A stretch of DNA of 64,000 nt from contig NC_088803.1 in NCBI RefSeq assembly GCF_011386835.1, positions 11,842,001 to 11,906,000 on the forward strand. The letters are read 5' to 3'. The stretch comes from Chrysemys picta bellii (taxonomy: Eukaryota). Both the position numbers and the translations under genes were made by a program. Positions 61,501 through 64,000 of the stretch are shown here, piece by piece. Below the pieces are notes generated by a model. It searched no databases. It had not been told where the DNA came from and saw nothing but the letters and a program-made list of their open reading frames with translations. Within the stretch, counting starts at the first letter, position 1, and each line of letters begins with the position of its first letter.

Positions 61501-62250
61501 ACCTTCTTTCCCTCTTCCAACTTTGGCATTCAAATCTCCCATTGCGATCGTATGGATTTTTGAGCAAGGGTTTCCTCAAGCTCCTGATAGAATTCTTCCA
61601 TATCATCATCTTCACTTGTGCTTGTGGGAGCATAGATCTGAATAATCTTGAGGGTGCATTTCTTGTTCAGCTGGAGGTGTAGCACCCCGATGCGTGATGA
61701 CTTGAACTTGCACGAGATGATTTTTGAAGACCATTCCTTGTTAATGATGAAGCCGATTCCTCCAACAGTTCTCGCGCTTTCTCCTTTTCCCAACATGATG
61801 GTACTTTCGTCTCTCCACTTCACTTCCATCTCCTTTCTTCATCGTGTTTTGCAGAGACCAAGGATGTTGTAGACTGTCCTTGCCTTCTCCTCCATTAGAT
61901 GGTTGATCAAATCATCTCTTATCAGTGTCCTGCAGTTATAGGTGCATGCTGAGAGGGCAGTCCTTTTTCTGGACCCTGAGATTCTTAACAGCCTCTCATC
62001 GACTGAACTCCCCACCACTGTTGTATAACAGATCGAGGAGTGAACAAGGAGCTGGGGCCCATTTATTCATATTGTTTTAGCCACTTCTTCATCCACCCAC
62101 TGGCTATGCTGTGAGTGGCGCGTTTACCTCCTCAACTTAGCTAGCACCCAACCTCAAGTAGGAGGACAGCTCTCCTCTCCCTGGGTTGGTAGTCTGACAC
62201 CTTAATAGCATGGTTGAACCTACTGAAGAATACTCTCCACTATCCTCGCT
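58515..62250 (-). mobile_element. Near full-length decayed RTE-clade LINE (APE endonuclease plus RT), interrupted by an LTR
   Basis: Minus-strand motifs in order: TYNCRTL (61926-61943), ILGLCKTR, IIQIYAPTS, GDLNAKVG, RWTW...KNEIDYIL, SDH, WKESNTILLYKKGD...NYCPVCLL, EKAFDS, KLFTACLE, HLRFMDDI, GLKINRSK, YVYLGQ, RPLSQPPKRWED. Many stops and frameshifts. Confidence 0.93.
59353..60024 (-). mobile_element. Solo LTR, 672 bp, inserted in the RT domain of the RTE
   Basis: Termini TGTAATG...GCTACA with a degenerate 5-bp TSD (ctgct/ttgcc). The RT frame rejoins across it (VMRQ|MN*KGGLNINGEQ). CCAAT/TATA-like motifs lie on the minus strand near 59905-59945. Confidence 0.82.
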
Positions 62251-63450
62251 GTCAGAGAAGCCAGGGTCACTGCTGCATCACTTTGAGGCATTGAGGTAGG
62301 ATTTTGCAGAGGCAGGATCTGCTGCAAAATCCTACATCAATGCAATCTTCATAACATTCTTTTAAAGTAGCTTTTAGTGAGCAATTTAAGATTTGTAATT
62401 CTATACAGGTGAAATTCACCCCGTGCAGGGGGCCAGTACAAATAACAGGAGCCATACTAATGTTGCATTTAGGCTCTAGTTTGAACCCTAGTCTAGAGGA
62501 ATCATTAAACCAGTATGGCAGCCTTGAAATTCCAGTATTGCAGCTTTTAAATTGCACCTATTTTACAGGAAAAATTTGTTTTGTTCCATCAATTCATAGA
62601 TTTTAAGGCCAGAAGAGACTTTTACGATCATTTAATCTGAACTCCTGGGTAGCACACAGCAGAGAACCCCACCCAGTGACTCCCACATCTGTTTAAGCTA
62701 GAGCAGATCTTTTAGAAGGACAACCAGTCTGCTTGCTAGAAACTCAATGACATTCAAAGAAATCACCCAGCAGGACTGATCTGATGACTGTATTTACAGG
62801 TTAATTGTTAATGCTGGTATTTGGATGGGGTTGATGAGAAGCTATCTGATAAATCCATTGGCACATCCTTTTGAGTAATTACTGTGGCCTGGGCAGAGAT
62901 ATGCTCTAGTTCAGATAGAAGTTATTGGGCAGGAGGTCATATTAGATGCTCATCTTGCTCTCTTCTGGCTTTAAGATATATGAATCTGTGGCTCAAGGAT
63001 GACGTTCCACTACCTTGACTCATGTTGAGTAATGCTCGGACACGGGCATTGTTACACACTCATGAAGGGAGTGGGTAAAATCCCCTTCACTCACAGGGGA
63101 GTCACATGGATTTCAATGGGAGAAGGTATCCATATGGGTTATGGGATTATCAGAATTTTGCTATATGGGCAAAGCCCAAAGTCCACTTTCATGAATCATT
63201 ATCATATGGGAAATGTAATAATTTTTTGCTTTACTGCAGAAAGGTTAAAATTCACACAGAATTTCTCAAGGATGGTTCAGTATATATTTAACTAGCTTTC
63301 CAAGGGTTCTGCCCACTGTTTTCAAAACCAATAGGAGCCTTGTGCTCGACTTTAATAAGGATCAATCCACTCGGACCTGTCACTTGCTGCAATCTATCTA
63401 GCACCCGTCGGTTCTTCTTTAATCTTTATCTCATCACTTTTCCAAAGGAA

Positions 63451-64000
63451 ATGTCAGCGGCGGAGCCAGGGAGAGATGTGAATCACACTGCAGAGATGGA
63501 ATTCATCCTTCTGGGGTTTGGAAGAGGTCCAGGGCTCCAGGTGATCCCTTTTGTGATGTTCCTGGTGATTTACATAATAACTGTGCTAGGGAACACCATC
63601 CTGGTCCTCATCATTACAGCCAACTCTCGCCTTCACACCCCCATGTACTTCCTCCTCATGAATCTGTCACTCTTAGACCTCTGCTACTCCTCCGTCATTG
63701 CTCCCAGAGCCATGGTAAGCTTCCTAACAGACACCAAAACCATTTCCTACAGGGGATGTGCCACCCAATTCTTCTTCTTTGCTCTCTTTGTCACTACTGA
63801 GACATTCATCCTGACAGCCATGGCATACGATCGATACACCGCCATCTGCAACCCACTCCTGTATCCCACCACCATGTCCAAGCCAGTCTGCATTCAACTG
63901 GTGGTGGGGTCCTATCTCTGTGGCAGCATGAACGCCATGGTGCAAACAGGCTTCACCTTTACTCTGCACTTCTGTGGCTCTAATGAGATTGATCACTTCT
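63451..64000 (+). CDS. Olfactory receptor, family 5/9-like (OR9K-like) (OR-F), 5' part only, truncated by the window end
   Basis: ATG at 63451 after acceptor-like tttccaaag. Reads [23 protein letters not shown]...[28 protein letters not shown]...[15 protein letters not shown]...[10 protein letters not shown] with no stop to 64000. Missed by the ORF track because no stop codon is in the window. Confidence 0.93.
   Translation, partial: MSAAEPGRDVNHTAEMEFILLGFGRGPGLQVIPFVMFLVIYIITVLGNTILVLIITANSRLHTPMYFLLMNLSLLDLCYSSVIAPRAMVSFLTDTKTISYRGCATQFFFFALFVTTETFILTAMAYDRYTAICNPLLYPTTMSKPVCIQLVVGSYLCGSMNAMVQTGFTFTLHFCGSNEIDHF

Noticed and set aside
1-64000. A novel multi-gene biological system
   Set aside because: All credible coding sequence is olfactory receptor or retroelement-derived; no unexplained long ORF or RNA gene cluster was found.

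Overview
Vertebrate genomic DNA, almost certainly turtle (Testudines), judged from turtle-type CR1 3' tails, tRNA-derived and CORE SINEs, hAT/Harbinger MITEs and solo LTRs. The window lies inside an olfactory receptor (OR) cluster. It holds four apparently intact single-coding-exon ORs: two family-10-like paralogues (587-1582 and 10579-11550, minus), one '11A1-like' (20096-21094, minus) and one family-6-like (46754-47752, plus). It also holds a second 11A1-like OR lacking an in-frame start codon (30393-31363, minus), a family 5/9-like OR cut off by the window end (63451-64000, plus) and a decayed OR5V-like fragment (~9607-9937, plus). The first ~17.5 kb is a tandem duplication with ~10 kb offset whose copies acquired different transposon insertions. 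Much of the rest is TE debris: many CR1 fragments, a near full-length decayed RTE LINE split by a solo LTR (58.5-62.25 kb), solo LTRs, hAT and Harbinger MITEs with intact TIRs/TSDs, Penelope-like tails and microsatellites. The ORF track uses non-ATG starts and most of its short ORFs are spurious; I corrected two OR starts. I found no convincing novel multi-gene system. The most unusual observations are a solo LTR flanked by a perfect 73-bp duplication, an OR one base short of an intact frame at its start, repeat-derived residues in an OR C-terminus, a candidate OR promoter retained in both duplicates, a very young triple-hairpin MITE and an RTE resembling the nematode RTE-1 type. All family and subfamily names come from motif recognition by eye, not database searches.
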